The notes below the pieces were generated by a model. The model was not told where the DNA came from. It ran no database searches and worked only from the letters and a program-made list of their open reading frames with translations. Made by a program: the position numbers and the translations under genes. This document shows positions 51,209-62,781 of a stretch of 62,781 bases of DNA, in pieces. How positions within the stretch are numbered: the first letter of the stretch is position 1; each line of letters opens with the position of its first letter. The stretch comes from Trichinella spiralis (taxonomy: Eukaryota): assembly GCF_000181795.1 (NCBI RefSeq), contig NW_003526943.1, positions 6,850,122-6,912,902 on the forward strand. The letters are read 5' to 3'.

Positions 51209-54200
51209 ATGCAGAAGTGTTACTTCAACACATCTTATCTTTTATTCTGTGCTTTTTGCAGTTTGTTGCAAGTATATAAAGAAAAACTGCGCAATGATTT
51301 TCTCAAAAATTCTGTTTTTAGGTTTCATACAGTTCAGAAATGAAAATTTATGTTCCAGTGATAGATAAAATTTGTTTATTGCAACAAATAGGAATTCGAG
51401 AAGAAATTCTGGACAGCATAGAACTATTTTTGTTTAAATCTTCTTTCAAAAGTTGTATTGCGAATACCTACTCTGATTTCAGTCCTTACAATTACAGCCT
51501 ATTTGCCTATAATGAAAAAACATCTTCTTGCTCAAAGTTACATGCAATGCCAGAAGAAAACATCATAGTCAATTGCAGTGAGCAATTGCACGATTTGCAG
51601 TTTTATAAAGTAACACATTGCTTGACAGGTAGTGTGCAAAGTTTAGTGCTAAATAGTTATCTGTTTTACCTCAATATACACATAAAAACTTTTATGTAAT
51701 ATTTTCATGTAGCTGAGGGCTTCATGTACTCTTTTGAAGAAGAAGTTGAAGAAAATGTTAACAAAATTAATGCAGTTAAATTGAAAGCAACGGCAGAAAT
51801 TTGCATTGTTGAAAGGCATCCTTTCAGTGAAAACTTTTTGCTGAAACGCACCAAGATGTTTTTCCTACAAAGTTTAGAGCTGTGCCTTGCACACTGCAGG
51901 GTATTATCAGTGCGTGGCAAGTGCAATGCAGTGTTGTTTTCTGGTGAAGAAAGAGTTTGCCTTCTATTACAACAAAATCAGCCACTGCAGAGTAGAGATG
52001 TAATGAGGAAAAGCGCATCACAATTTTTTACAGTGAATTACTGTGATTACAGTGAGTTTGAAAAAATTGTTTTAATTAAATACAAATACAAAATTTTATA
52101 ATACATAAACAATTTACAGAATTTATTTTTCTTTCATTAAAATTTGTTTATGATTTAATTTCAAAAATATCGTTACAATTAAAATGTGCGTATTTCTGGA
52201 TTTAACAGACATTTTAGCGTATGATTAAATATGCATTAATTTTGAAACATCGATAGATGAGATTAAGATTTATTCTGTAATGCAAATATTTGAAATTCAT
52301 TGCACAATTAAAATTATTCTGAATTCTACATTTAGATTGCATTTGGCAATGATTTTAACAAGGTTTCATGTGTTGTTCATTTTTTTCTTTATGTTTAGGG
52401 CATATTTTTGAAAGGAATAAAAGTTCACCACCATTCATAATATGCTTTCAGATATGACGGAAAGCTCACAAAGAAGATATTACAATGGTAGTGGAAAAAT
52501 AATAAATTTACATGTTGAATCAATGCGAGTTCAATGCACATTTCATGAAATTCCTTTGCTCAGAAAGCACATGAAACACCAGTTCCTATTATGGAATTCG
52601 ATAAATTTTCGATATTGCATTCAATTCTGCGTTCAGCAGTTTCAGAGAAATTTATGCAATGCTGTTTACTTCGAAGCAGAAGAAAAAACCTGTTTGCATC
52701 TGTTGCTTAACGCTAGTCAAGCACTTCATGAATATACAGAAAGCAGAAAAGAAACGATTCATTTCATAGAGAAATGTGTTGAAGGTATCAAGAATTTAAA
52801 TAAACATATTTTCAGATAGTGCATTCCACTTTTTTAATTTATTATATTATTGCAAAAAACGTTTAATTAATATAGCATATATGGAATTGATTTATAAATG
52901 TTTGCCACCTCTTGCGGAAGTCTAATGTATTCTAATAATTCCACATATTTCATATCACATGCTATAGATAGAAAGTATGAAATAAATACTAAATTTATTC
53001 CAGTAGCCGAACAACAAGAATATCAGCAAGAATCTGTTATTAATCGCATTCAATCTGATGAAACAAGCTTATCTTCTCCATCAAGACCAAGAAGCAGTAG
53101 AACACATAATGTCCATGGTAAATTCATTTCTGCATGTAATAATATCATTAATTTTAGCAGATTACGTTGAATCCGTTCTTTCTTTTTGTAGAGCAAGAGC
53201 TAGATTTTTTTCACTACGTAGCAGCTGAAGATGTTCATGAACAATATACAAAACTTTATGAATTTTTTGAAGTTTGTAAAATTCAAGTGTTAAATATCGG
53301 CATAATTCGAAACGCTTTTGCAATTCAAATTAGACGAAAAATTTATTCACTAAACAGATGCCTACACATATGCAGACGGCATACTTCATGTATGGCAATA
53401 CTGTACTCAAAACTCGATCACCAATGCAAAAAAATATTCAAAGGACGAAGCGGCAATTTAATATTGGTTCAAGATGATGAATTGGTTCTAGCACTGAAAG
53501 AATGTTTTAAAGGTAAAAATTTTATTCTGAAATATTTTTGATAAATTAAAACTTTGTGGTACATATATTCATTACTTCAACACAGAATTATCAATTTTTC
53601 TCATTTTAATTAATAGTTTCATAAGTCGCTTCATTATAGGAAGGGCAGTTGCATTAATTGATGAACAACATTAAGAACTAGTAATCAAATGAATAATGAA
53701 TTAATTACGCGCATTAATTAAATGTTCATAAACCTACTTTTATGCAGTTTATTAGTCCAATAATGGCAATGTTAAATAAATAAAAAACATCTTTTGTTTA
53801 ATTTTAAAAATATGCAATGACCCAATTAATAGAGCAAAATAATTAAAGATCTCTGTATGAAATACTTCATATTTGCAAAAAAAAAACTTCGTGGATCAAA
53901 AAGCAAATCATATCTGTGTACCGACATTCAATTATTGTATAAATTTCAGTTTTGAGAAATGCAGATACATTGTTCATTCTTTACAGTACATTTTTATGAA
54001 ATATGCTTATAATTCTGTTTAACAGATCGCCCTGCTGAGCGAAAATGCAATGCTGACCCAGTAGTTTATTATTTTAAAGAAACTCACGAAATTTGTGCTG
54101 TCGAAATTTACAAGCAAAAAAATTTAACATCCTGGGAAGTAATCACGATCAGTAAAGATGTCAGCAATTTTCGAGTATGCTTATTAAAATGCATTCTAAA

Positions 54201-54360
54201 TAATGAATGCAATGCGATCAATTATTTTCTAACAAAAGAATGCTATTTAATAAAGCCAGCAGAGGAAAATTTCATTTTCGTTGTCAAGGATGATTCTATT
54301 TTTGCAGAGGTACTGTACTGTGAATCAGGAACTTTGGTTGATGTAATTCGACAAAAATAA
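51209..54360 (+). CDS. Secreted protein with ~5 PAN/Apple-like modules, copy B
   Basis: Same seven-exon structure as copy A, with splice sites intact and no stops seen. Confidence 0.8.
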
Positions 54361-54960
54361 TTTTGTTTTGATTTTTCCATTATATTTATGCAAATAAACA
54401 GTGCATTCATGTCTACTGATGCTTTTCTTTATTTGATTTTAGTTTTTCGTAAATATAAATATGAGATGCATATGCGGGTATGCAACAATAGACTAGCAAA
54501 GAGTACATGATATGAATATTTTCTTGGAAGGTATTTACTATAATATTTTTTTAATAATTTTATAGTTTCCTGTTTAATAAATTATAAGTCTGCTTCAAAA
54601 CGCAGGTTCTGATAACAAGAGTTCACCTACATACTTAAATTGAGGTTTCTATTCATAAAAAGCTGAATCATGTAAATTCATGAAAATATACGATGAAATA
54701 TGAAATGGCGAAAAATGGTAATCCATGGTAAATTGAGGAATTTCTGAAGCAAACGCTAGAATACAAAAAATCCACTGCTATATCATACTGAAAAATTAAA
54801 TAAACAATCAGCTTTCTTTATTCATGTTTTAATTGTCAACATGACTGAGAATAACTAATACAGAATTATTGGCATTGACTTTAGAGAATTCTTATTACAT
54901 GAGTTATAAAATAAAAGAAATAAATTCTCAATCAACACTTAAAAATGCCAAGCAAAAGGA

Positions 54961-55032
54961 TAGCAGAACGTGCTTTCGATCCACGGACCTCTGGGTTATG
55001 GGACCAGCACGGTATCCCTGGGCCACTCTGCT
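54961..55032 (-). pseudogene. Initiator tRNA-Met pseudogene, copy B (CAT retained)
   Basis: AGCAGAGTGGCCCAGGGATACCGTGCTGGTCCCATAACCCAGAGGTCCGTGGATCGAAAGCACGTTCTGCTA. Mismatches in the D-stem, anticodon stem and T-stem. Confidence 0.85.
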
Positions 55033-55567
55033 GTTTCACTTTATTTTCATGTATTTATTTTAAAAGAAATATAAATTATGACGTTGTACCTTAAAACATT
55101 GCTGAAAGAACTCTGCAATCTTGCAGAAAATTTGCATAATCAAGTCTTATCATTATTTCTTTGTATGATGAGAAATTCAATATCTTTATTGCTTTATATG
55201 CATATTTCAGCATTTGTCTTCTTTTTATTTATTAGAAAAACTTTTTTCATAGATGTATTTCATTGGTGAACAATTATGAGATTAATCTATTCAGTTTTTA
55301 GCACCATACATTTTGAAAAACAATTCACATTTGACAGTTATGAAAAACAAGTTCTTAAAACACTGCTTCTCAAGTGAGTGTATTTCAAATATAGCACTCT
55401 TAAATGTTATCGAAAAATTACCTGAATTGATTTGATTGATAAACTGAATAATTTTTTATTTGCAGTGCAAAACATTACTGCCAATTAAACAATATAATTT
55501 ATTTTATTTTATTCAATACATGTATTACAAGACATCCCTCCCACAAGAAGTCACCTGAAAAAATCTT

Positions 55568-56909
55568 TTAAGCATTTACTGCTGGACAAAAAACTGAATA
55601 TGTTTTTTGCATTACGCAAAGCATTGAAGAACATGTTTTATGACGGAGCATGCTTCTAGCATCTGAGACTCGTCGATCACCAGTGGTGGAGCTAATCGAA
55701 TTTTATTTCCATGCGTGATTTTGGCTAAAAGTCCATTTTTTAATAAGCAGATGCATAATTCTCAAGCATCACAACCACTGTTGATTTCTATTGCGTTGAA
55801 AGGACCCTTGCCGCAAACAGCTTTTAGAATTGCACTTGGCAAGTCATGCGTTTCTTGATGAAAAAGTTATTCCATCTTGAAAGCGTTAGAAGCTAAATTT
55901 TCTTCATCGACAACTATTACAACAACCATCGTAATTCGGCAAGCTAATGGATTACCTCCAAAAGTAGAGCTCTGCTGATCTGGCTTAATGTTAAGGATAA
56001 TTGAATCATCACATAAAACCGTTAAAGTTGGATAACAACCGCATGATACCGTTTTATCCAAAATAAGGATGTCATTACGAACATTCTCATAGTAAGAACA
56101 CAACCATTTTCCAGTCCGTCCTAACCCTGTTTGAACTTCATCTACAATCAATAAAACGTTATACCTCTGACAAACTTCAGCAACTTTTCTCAAATAACCA
56201 CCATCTTTTGCCGCCCTGACGCCTGCTTCACCTTGAATAGGTTCAACCATAAAAGCAGCAACATTATTACCATTCGTGTTCAGCACTTTTTCAAGAGCCG
56301 CCGGATCATCGTATGGAATAACTTTGAAATCAGGCATAAAAGTACCAAACCCGTCATAACATTCCTAATCCGTGCTTGATGAGACAGCGACTAATGATCT
56401 TCCCCAAAATTTGCCTTCAACAAATATCACTTCAGCTTTATTTTCTGGGACTTACTTCGCATTATATGCCCAACGTCGAGCAAGCTTCATTGCACTCTCA
56501 CAACCCTCAACGCCGGAATTGATGGGTAACAGTTTGTCATAACCAAACAAATTTGTCATAAATTTTTCATATTCTCCTAAAACATTTGAATTCGTCCCAC
56601 GTGAGCAAAGTGTCTGCCAATCATCCTGCTTTTTTAACGCTTCTATAATTTTCGGATGACAATGACCTTGGTTAACTGCTGAATATGCAGAAAGAAAATC
56701 AAAGTAACGTCGTCCATCTACAACCCAAACAAAAATGCCCTCACCACGCTCCAACGCCACTGGCAGTGGCTTATAATCATGTGCACCATGCTATGCTTCA
56801 AAATCAAACACGGCTTGTGATTTTGCACTGAACATTACATCGTATTAGGCACAGCATAAATACATCCAACCGATGGGAAAAATCTCTGAGAAACTATGAT
56901 AGCTGCATA
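55568..56909 (-). pseudogene. OAT: Intronless ornithine aminotransferase pseudogene, copy B
   Basis: Same motifs as copy A. Shares the stops after WAY.AK and SSTD and the stop after FKME. Confidence 0.92.
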
Positions 56910-57450
56910 TTTCAGCTCAACTTGTCGCAACAATTTGCCAGCAACCATAAACAGATTTTCAGGGTCGAATGACATTCAAAAGTGTTAATATTAATTCATA
57001 CTAACTCTCAAAAGAAGTTTATAAAAGTTTGTTGGATAACTTCACAATGAAAAATTACGTTCATCTTTCAAATCAATTTATATAAGCACTTAAATATATT
57101 TAAATAAGTTTCACCTAAAATTCAATCAGTTTATACAGAAAATAAATTGTTATTCAAAACCAAATCTAAGCAAATTGAAATTGACGTGAAAAATGTTCTA
57201 TCATAATAATGTAGAAATACAAGTTGAACATTATAAATGTCAGCTCAGTATTCTTTCAAACTGTACGGTTGCAAACTGCCGGCATGTTTCGTGAATAATT
57301 TTATTAAGGCATTACGCGTTGTTTGAAATTCATGTGAATGCTTGCTTCAATATTTACTTCCATTCATCAACATATCACTATCAAATTCCTCCCTGCTGTG
57401 GAACGGTTTTTCTTTTGGACCGAAATGGAGGTAATGATTTCTTTTCTCTA

Positions 57451-57690
57451 TGTAACGACCTGCCGGGTGGTGCCGTCAGATCTGCATCTGGGTCCGCGCC
57501 ATTTCGTCGGCCGTCGCTCTGTGCTTTATCCGTCTCGCTTTCTCGTTGGCGTCTTCTAGTCGACATTCTGGCAACACTTCTTGACTCGTGCACCTTCGCA
57601 CTACTGATTTCCACGTCGGTCGCTGCTCTTCTTCCTAGATCTCCGGGACGGCGTCTGTCACGACGCTTCTCTCACGATATTGCGATGCTA
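57451..57690 (-). mobile_element. LTR relic (3' part), related to the 60361-60713 relic
   Basis: Minus strand ends CCACCCGGCAGGTCGTTACA, against CCACCCGGCTGGTCGTTACA at 60713. GC-rich. Confidence 0.6.
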
Positions 57691-57745
57691 AATTGCTATC
57701 ACTACTTGAGAAGTTTCTGGCTCTCCAAAATCCGGACTCCTTGTA

Positions 57746-57937
57746 CCCGGCTCGTGGAACCAAAAAATGTGTAATAAACGCAGGGAACAATACTACACTT
57801 TTAATAACTAACAATCATGTTCTAATACTGACTGTACTTCTTCGCGCCTTATTCGTTCTAGTAACGAATTGCGCCCCTTTCTGGTTCTTCATTCCCGTGT
57901 GATAGCTGCTGCTTCCAAGCAAATATCGGTTCGCACA
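57746..57937 (-). mobile_element. BEL/Pao-like 5' LTR plus primer-binding site
   Basis: TGT...ACA at 57937-57768 with ATTAAA, then TTTTT and TGGTTCCACGAGCCGGG, which is close to the tRNA-Tyr-type PBS TGGTCCTTCGAGCCGGA. Confidence 0.55.
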
Positions 57938-58919
57938 AATTTATTGCACTCAGGAAAAACGACCATCAGAGAGAAACAGTTTTACTGACCGAATTCAACA
58001 TCAATGATCAAGCAGGATTACTTTGCAAGAGACTTGGTGAGACTTCTTGCTGACTTTTTGATCAGATCCCCTTTCTTCTCATCTTCTCTCAAATATATAT
58101 GTGTGTGTGTGTGTGAATTTCTGGTAAAAATGACCTAGTTTTGCTGGTAAACATTCTATTTCTAACAATATTCATTTTGCATATTAATTGTAACGACCTG
58201 CCTTCCAGGAATAATGCATTTTGCTTATAGTAGGCCGCTCCAGAATTTTGGAATTTCACACATTACAATGTAAATTTTTATGCACATTTAGCTCGATGAA
58301 AAATTTTACATTTATTTCTTACTGCACAAATTTTGAATTTTATTTATCAGAATGCAAATTTCCTATTTTTGGATTTATATAAATGTCTTAAGAAAACAGA
58401 GTTCACATGTTTCAAAAGAAAAATGTGAGCATTTATGGAATTCCTTTTTTAAAAGAGGAATGTACCATCCTCTACTATTATTATTTTTAGGTGGCAAAAT
58501 ATACTGAATTCCCTATATTCTCATTTTGAGAATTATTATTTGAAGACTGAAGAGAAGAAATCTTCATCTATAGAAGAATCTGCTATAGAAGTACTGCGAA
58601 TGATAGAAATTATATATGTTTGCGACCTAATAAATAATAGCGAGCAGCAAGGAATAAATGCAGATGGAGCAAAACGACCACACTAGTTGGAAAGAATGCA
58701 GACTATTTCTAATTCAAAGAATTAATTTTACTGATTCGAAAGTTCAAAAGTGCATTTTAATAAAAAAAAGAATTCTGGATCACACACTGCGCTCAAATTG
58801 GAGACATCAAGATAAAAAAATGTGCACAAAATACAGCACATCTTCAACAAAAACATCCAACAAAATTTTATGGAGCCCGGCGGCAAATATACTCAAATGA
58901 AACAACTCAGAAGCTTGGA

Positions 58920-59130
58920 AATAACAAAGGTACATTAGAAAAATGGATCTGTCTGATAAAAAAAATCTACACTACAGTAGCATCTGAAATGGTATGCAAA
59001 ACAGAATTGTGATCACTAAGAAACTTCAATTTTCAGATATGTCACAATTTTTTTAGAAAAACCAAAATGGTATAATTTACGAAAGCGTTGCAAAGGAGAA
59101 GGGCATCGCATTCAAAACTGCCCACTTGTA
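58920..59130 (+). pseudogene. More decayed RBBP6-like zinc-knuckle fragment
   Basis: KRCKGEGHRIQNCPL followed by a GTAAGT donor. The intron start resembles 43120-43170. Confidence 0.45.
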
Positions 59131-59928
59131 AGTCAATGTCATAATTCAATAATTCGTTTTATAATTAATGGCAAAGTTCACAGGTGCACTGTAAGTAAGC
59201 GATTCTCATCCATGCCTCCATTTTTACAAATTCAGAAGCTAATAACATTCCACTCTGAGGCTGTGGCGCTCAGATGAAACTCATTCTGTAAATCGGACGA
59301 GCGAGAAGGATGTCGGATGTACGGGACGAGAACAAGGCGCCAAAAACAAACGAAGGCAACCGTGCAGCAAAGGGAAATATGCAGGCACCATTGGTGAAAA
59401 AAGAAAAAAATCGTAAGTAGCAAACTTTGACCAATTTGTACAATAAGCAACAGAGGAAAAGTAACAAAATGCACTGAGAATCATTTGTACATGTTGCGGA
59501 GGTACAGTGGAGAAGGCATAAAAATCTCATCTTATCATTTTCCACCATCATAGCATAGGATAGAAATTTAACTGGAATTGAATTCATTAATAAGATAGGT
59601 GATTCTGAAATTTCTTTAATAAGGCTGCTAAAGGGAGTAAAACTGCGGTATATTGCATGACTGCAATGTCATTTTCAAAATTATTTGCTTGATTTTGTTT
59701 TAAGCATCAGAGAGCACTTTAAAGAAGGTTTTGAGCAGAAACAAAATTGCATTTTTAGATGTTCTTTTTTCTTCATCCAATATATTTTCATTTCATTTCT
59801 TTAATTCCAACTATCAAATAAAAAAAGACAAAGTTATTTTGGATACGCCATGACACATTAGTTTAAATAACAGCAATTTCAAATAAGATTTACATGCAAA
59901 TGCAACATATGAGATTTCTGTAATTTCA

Positions 59929-60285
59929 GTTACATACCATTCTACAAATATATTAAACAACATGATTGTTTCAGGAAAAAATGAAAATTTAACAGAAGAA
60001 GAAAGGATCATGCTGATGATGAAAGAATCCACTGAAGCATACGATCCAAAACAGTAATCAAAACACAGAGTTGTGATCATTTATAAACATCATCTTTTAA
60101 TTATGTAAAAATTCCTCAAAGGAAAAGAAAATCAGCATGGTCATCTTACTGCAAGCGGTGCAGGAAGGAAGGGCACTGCATACAGAATTGCCCACTGGTA
60201 TGTTTATGACATAATTAAGAAATCAGCTTTATAATTAATGGCAAATTTTCAATTTTTCAGCTGCATTACAAAAGAAGAAAAGACG
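59929..60285 (+). pseudogene. RBBP6-like zinc-knuckle fragment, copy B
   Basis: Nearly identical to 42852-43205, but the knuckle-exon acceptor AG has become AA (~60100). Confidence 0.6.
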
Positions 60286-60360
60286 GACCGTAAAAAATGG
60301 GTATCTATTCATTTAAGCAAAATGTGCATGATAATACTATTTATATATGATTTCATATAT

Positions 60361-60713
60361 CAGGACAGCGGATGGAAGTCCCGCGTAATCAGCCGCTGAT
60401 GTATGAAAGAGCCGCAAGCCGGGGAGTGTCAGCAAGACAGGGGATCAAATTTCAGTCGACATACCTTGGGGCCCCTCTGTGGCGGGAGCCTTCTTATATA
60501 TTGGAGCGCTGAGAACCGGTGGATCAGAAAAACAGCAAAGTGCCGATCGCAGACTCTACCGAAGCTGCGAGTGTGGACGAAGTAGAAAGTGCAGACGAAG
60601 TGCCATCGAGGAGTAATGGAGAACGCAGGCCGGAAGTAAACCTGGCGAGCGACTGCCGGCCGAAGTCCTGAACTCAGAACCGATCCGCCAACCCCACCCG
60701 GCTGGTCGTTACA
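60361..60713 (+). mobile_element. Solo LTR relic at the inversion junction
   Basis: GC-rich, with a TATA-like CTTATATA (~60494), AGTAAA (~60635) and terminus GGTCGTTACA. The 5' TG is not seen. Confidence 0.6.
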
Positions 60714-60729
60714 ATCTAGGCTTGATGAT

Positions 60730-62781
60730 GTGTGATTAACATAAGCATTTAATAAATCTTTTCTCATCATATTCGCACTTTTTATTTACCATAATTAACA
60801 AAGTGTACTCTTTTATAATTGCAGTTCAACTTAAATGATGTCTGTTATTTTAATGTCAGAATTTCATTTACTCAGTAATTAAAGTAGATGTGATTTTCAT
60901 TAATACTCAAATAACTGACCATTTCTTTAGCAGTTTGCAGTTCATGTGCGCTTCAAACAAATTTGAGTGGGAAGCCAAAGACAAGAAACACTGCAAGTGT
61001 TCAAAAGTAGTTGCATAATATATCACGTATCATTATTTTTATTAATCCTTATTTTCGCTTTGGTGAACAACAGAAAATTCACCCACAAATGTTTCGTCAG
61101 TTCTCAGTTTCGAAACCGTTTAGGGATATGAAGTGCTACAGCTGATCAAAAGGCTTTTTCAGCTTAATGAAGATAGTCAATAGCCGGATTCTAGAAGGAT
61201 AAAAAAAGATGTTGATTAAATGAAATTGATTGCTATCATACTTTAGTACTTTTCATATTCCGCATTGCCAGGCTGATCTTTTACCGTCGCATTATACATT
61301 TCCACAATGAAATACAATAAAGTACGTAGCTATTCCTAAAATATTGATTATTACGCAAACAAATTGGAGAACAAATGAATTATAAAAAGAAGAAAATGCT
61401 AGAAGTTTTCCGTGATTGTAAACCCAGAAAATGTCATCTGGAATACTTTTTTATGATATTTAAAAATTAAAAGTATTATGAAAGATATGAAAATTTTAAA
61501 GAAAACATTTTGCGTATTGAAACATGAAAGTAATTAGGAATATCGTGCTATATATTATCTGCTGGTTTATTACATGTTACCATAAATTTCTTATTAGAGA
61601 TTTGAGAAATGAACAGTCAGCTTTTTTGATCAGCAACTCAATTCTGTGAAAACTATTTTATATGTGTGCTACAAATTTGTCAGCAATATAACAAACGCTT
61701 TAGAAAAACAAAGGATACATTTCTGAGTATTCGATAAAAAATTTCATCTCTATATATACTGTTTTGCAATAATAGAACATCTATTTTCCTAAAAAAAAGA
61801 AAACTATTTGCAATTGTTCAAAAGAGAACGCTGTTTGAAAGTTTTATAAACATGTGTAATTTATGATTTTTACTTTGGATCTATTCATTACCTAAAAAAA
61901 TCAATGCTATATATCAACCTTTTGTTACACAGAATTAACAATAATTCAAATTATAAAAATTCAATTTAACATTGAAATTACGTATATTAATACCATAATA
62001 GTGAAACAGAACCATATTTCTAACTTCAATTTTAAATAGAATATTAAAGTAACATTAAAAAATATGTTTTGTTTAAAGTATTTAAAGTGTGGCCAAAAAT
62101 GTTTTAGTCAATGAATGGTTTAATAAATTGCACATTTTCCGCCATTCAAATTTGTTGAAAACAGGCAATGGCTTACAACTGCAATGTTCGGAAGCAAAAA
62201 AAAGTGACTGTATCCATTAGATCAACCATTGCTCATAATGGTACATCAAGGGGAACACAGTTACATTTGGAAGATCCAGTATTGATGGGCAACGTAAGAA
62301 ATTGTTAATAATTTTCATTTTTTAGTTATTTTATTTCCATTTTTATAATCAAGGTGAAACGGTCATCAATTGACAAACCCACTCCTGAATTGGCTACTTT
62401 GAAAGTTCTAGCTGAATTTTACAAAGGAATATTAGGTTTGGAAAATGGAGTTGATGAAAATTTCAAAAATAATTTGACAGTTCTGGATAAAACACACAAA
62501 GTATTCTTGAACCCAACTTCTGTAAAACAAATTTTGCTCAATGACAAAAATGATCCGCTGCCTTTGACAGAACCTGTTGGTGTTAACCTTCAAGATTTTA
62601 AAACAGAAATTTTGAAGCTCCAAACCAATGCTAAGGTAAAGTTTCCCTTTCAACATCAGAAATATCAACTAAGAACTACAACTGTTAGGCAAAATATTTT
62701 GTTTTAATTTGAAATATTATACAAAATTGCAATAACTACATTTTTATAGAATTTACAAAATGAGGAACAAGCATGCGCATT
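60730..62781. repeat. Inverted partial copy C of the duplicated block
   Basis: Reverse complement of 32190-34125 (copy A) and 45724-46880 (copy B). Confidence 0.92.
62168..62781 (+). CDS. Orphan protein X, copy C (runs off the window end)
   Basis: ATG at 62168. Exons 62168-62293, 62354-62683 and 62750 onward join in frame. Confidence 0.68.

Larger units (their letters stand above)
45842..60285. repeat. Segmental duplication, copy B
   Basis: Same gene order and orientation as copy A. Contains the Gypsy replacement and a non-shared 57190-59270 segment. Confidence 0.9.

Overview
AT-rich eukaryotic DNA with short GT-AG introns. The MLC and SR proteins are nematode-like and the FLYWCH/MULE families resemble those of clade I nematodes, so a Trichinella-like source is inferred. 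The first ~24 kb is compact and single-copy: an SRSF3/rsp-6-like SR protein, myosin regulatory light chain, a DEG/ENaC subunit, a chaoptin-like LRR protein, UTP18, TXNDC9, rpl-23 and a C-terminally short UVSSA. 24.5-32 kb holds MULE relics and a four-unit tandem array whose conserved cores fold like small hairpin-linker-hairpin RNAs. After a 201-N gap lies a segmental duplication: copy A at ~32.2-43.2 kb, copy B at ~45.3-60.3 kb, and an inverted partial copy C at 60.7-62.8 kb. It carries an orphan gene head-to-head with a secreted 5x PAN/Apple-like gene, tRNA-iMet and OAT pseudogenes, and RBBP6-like zinc-knuckle fragments. A dynein light chain gene sits between copies A and B, and copy B contains a decayed Gypsy element and LTR relics. 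The best leads are the structured-RNA array, the truncated UVSSA, the exon-biased divergence of the PAN paralogs, an SR poison exon and an operon junction with a Ur element. All calls were read by eye; no searches or folding programs were run.
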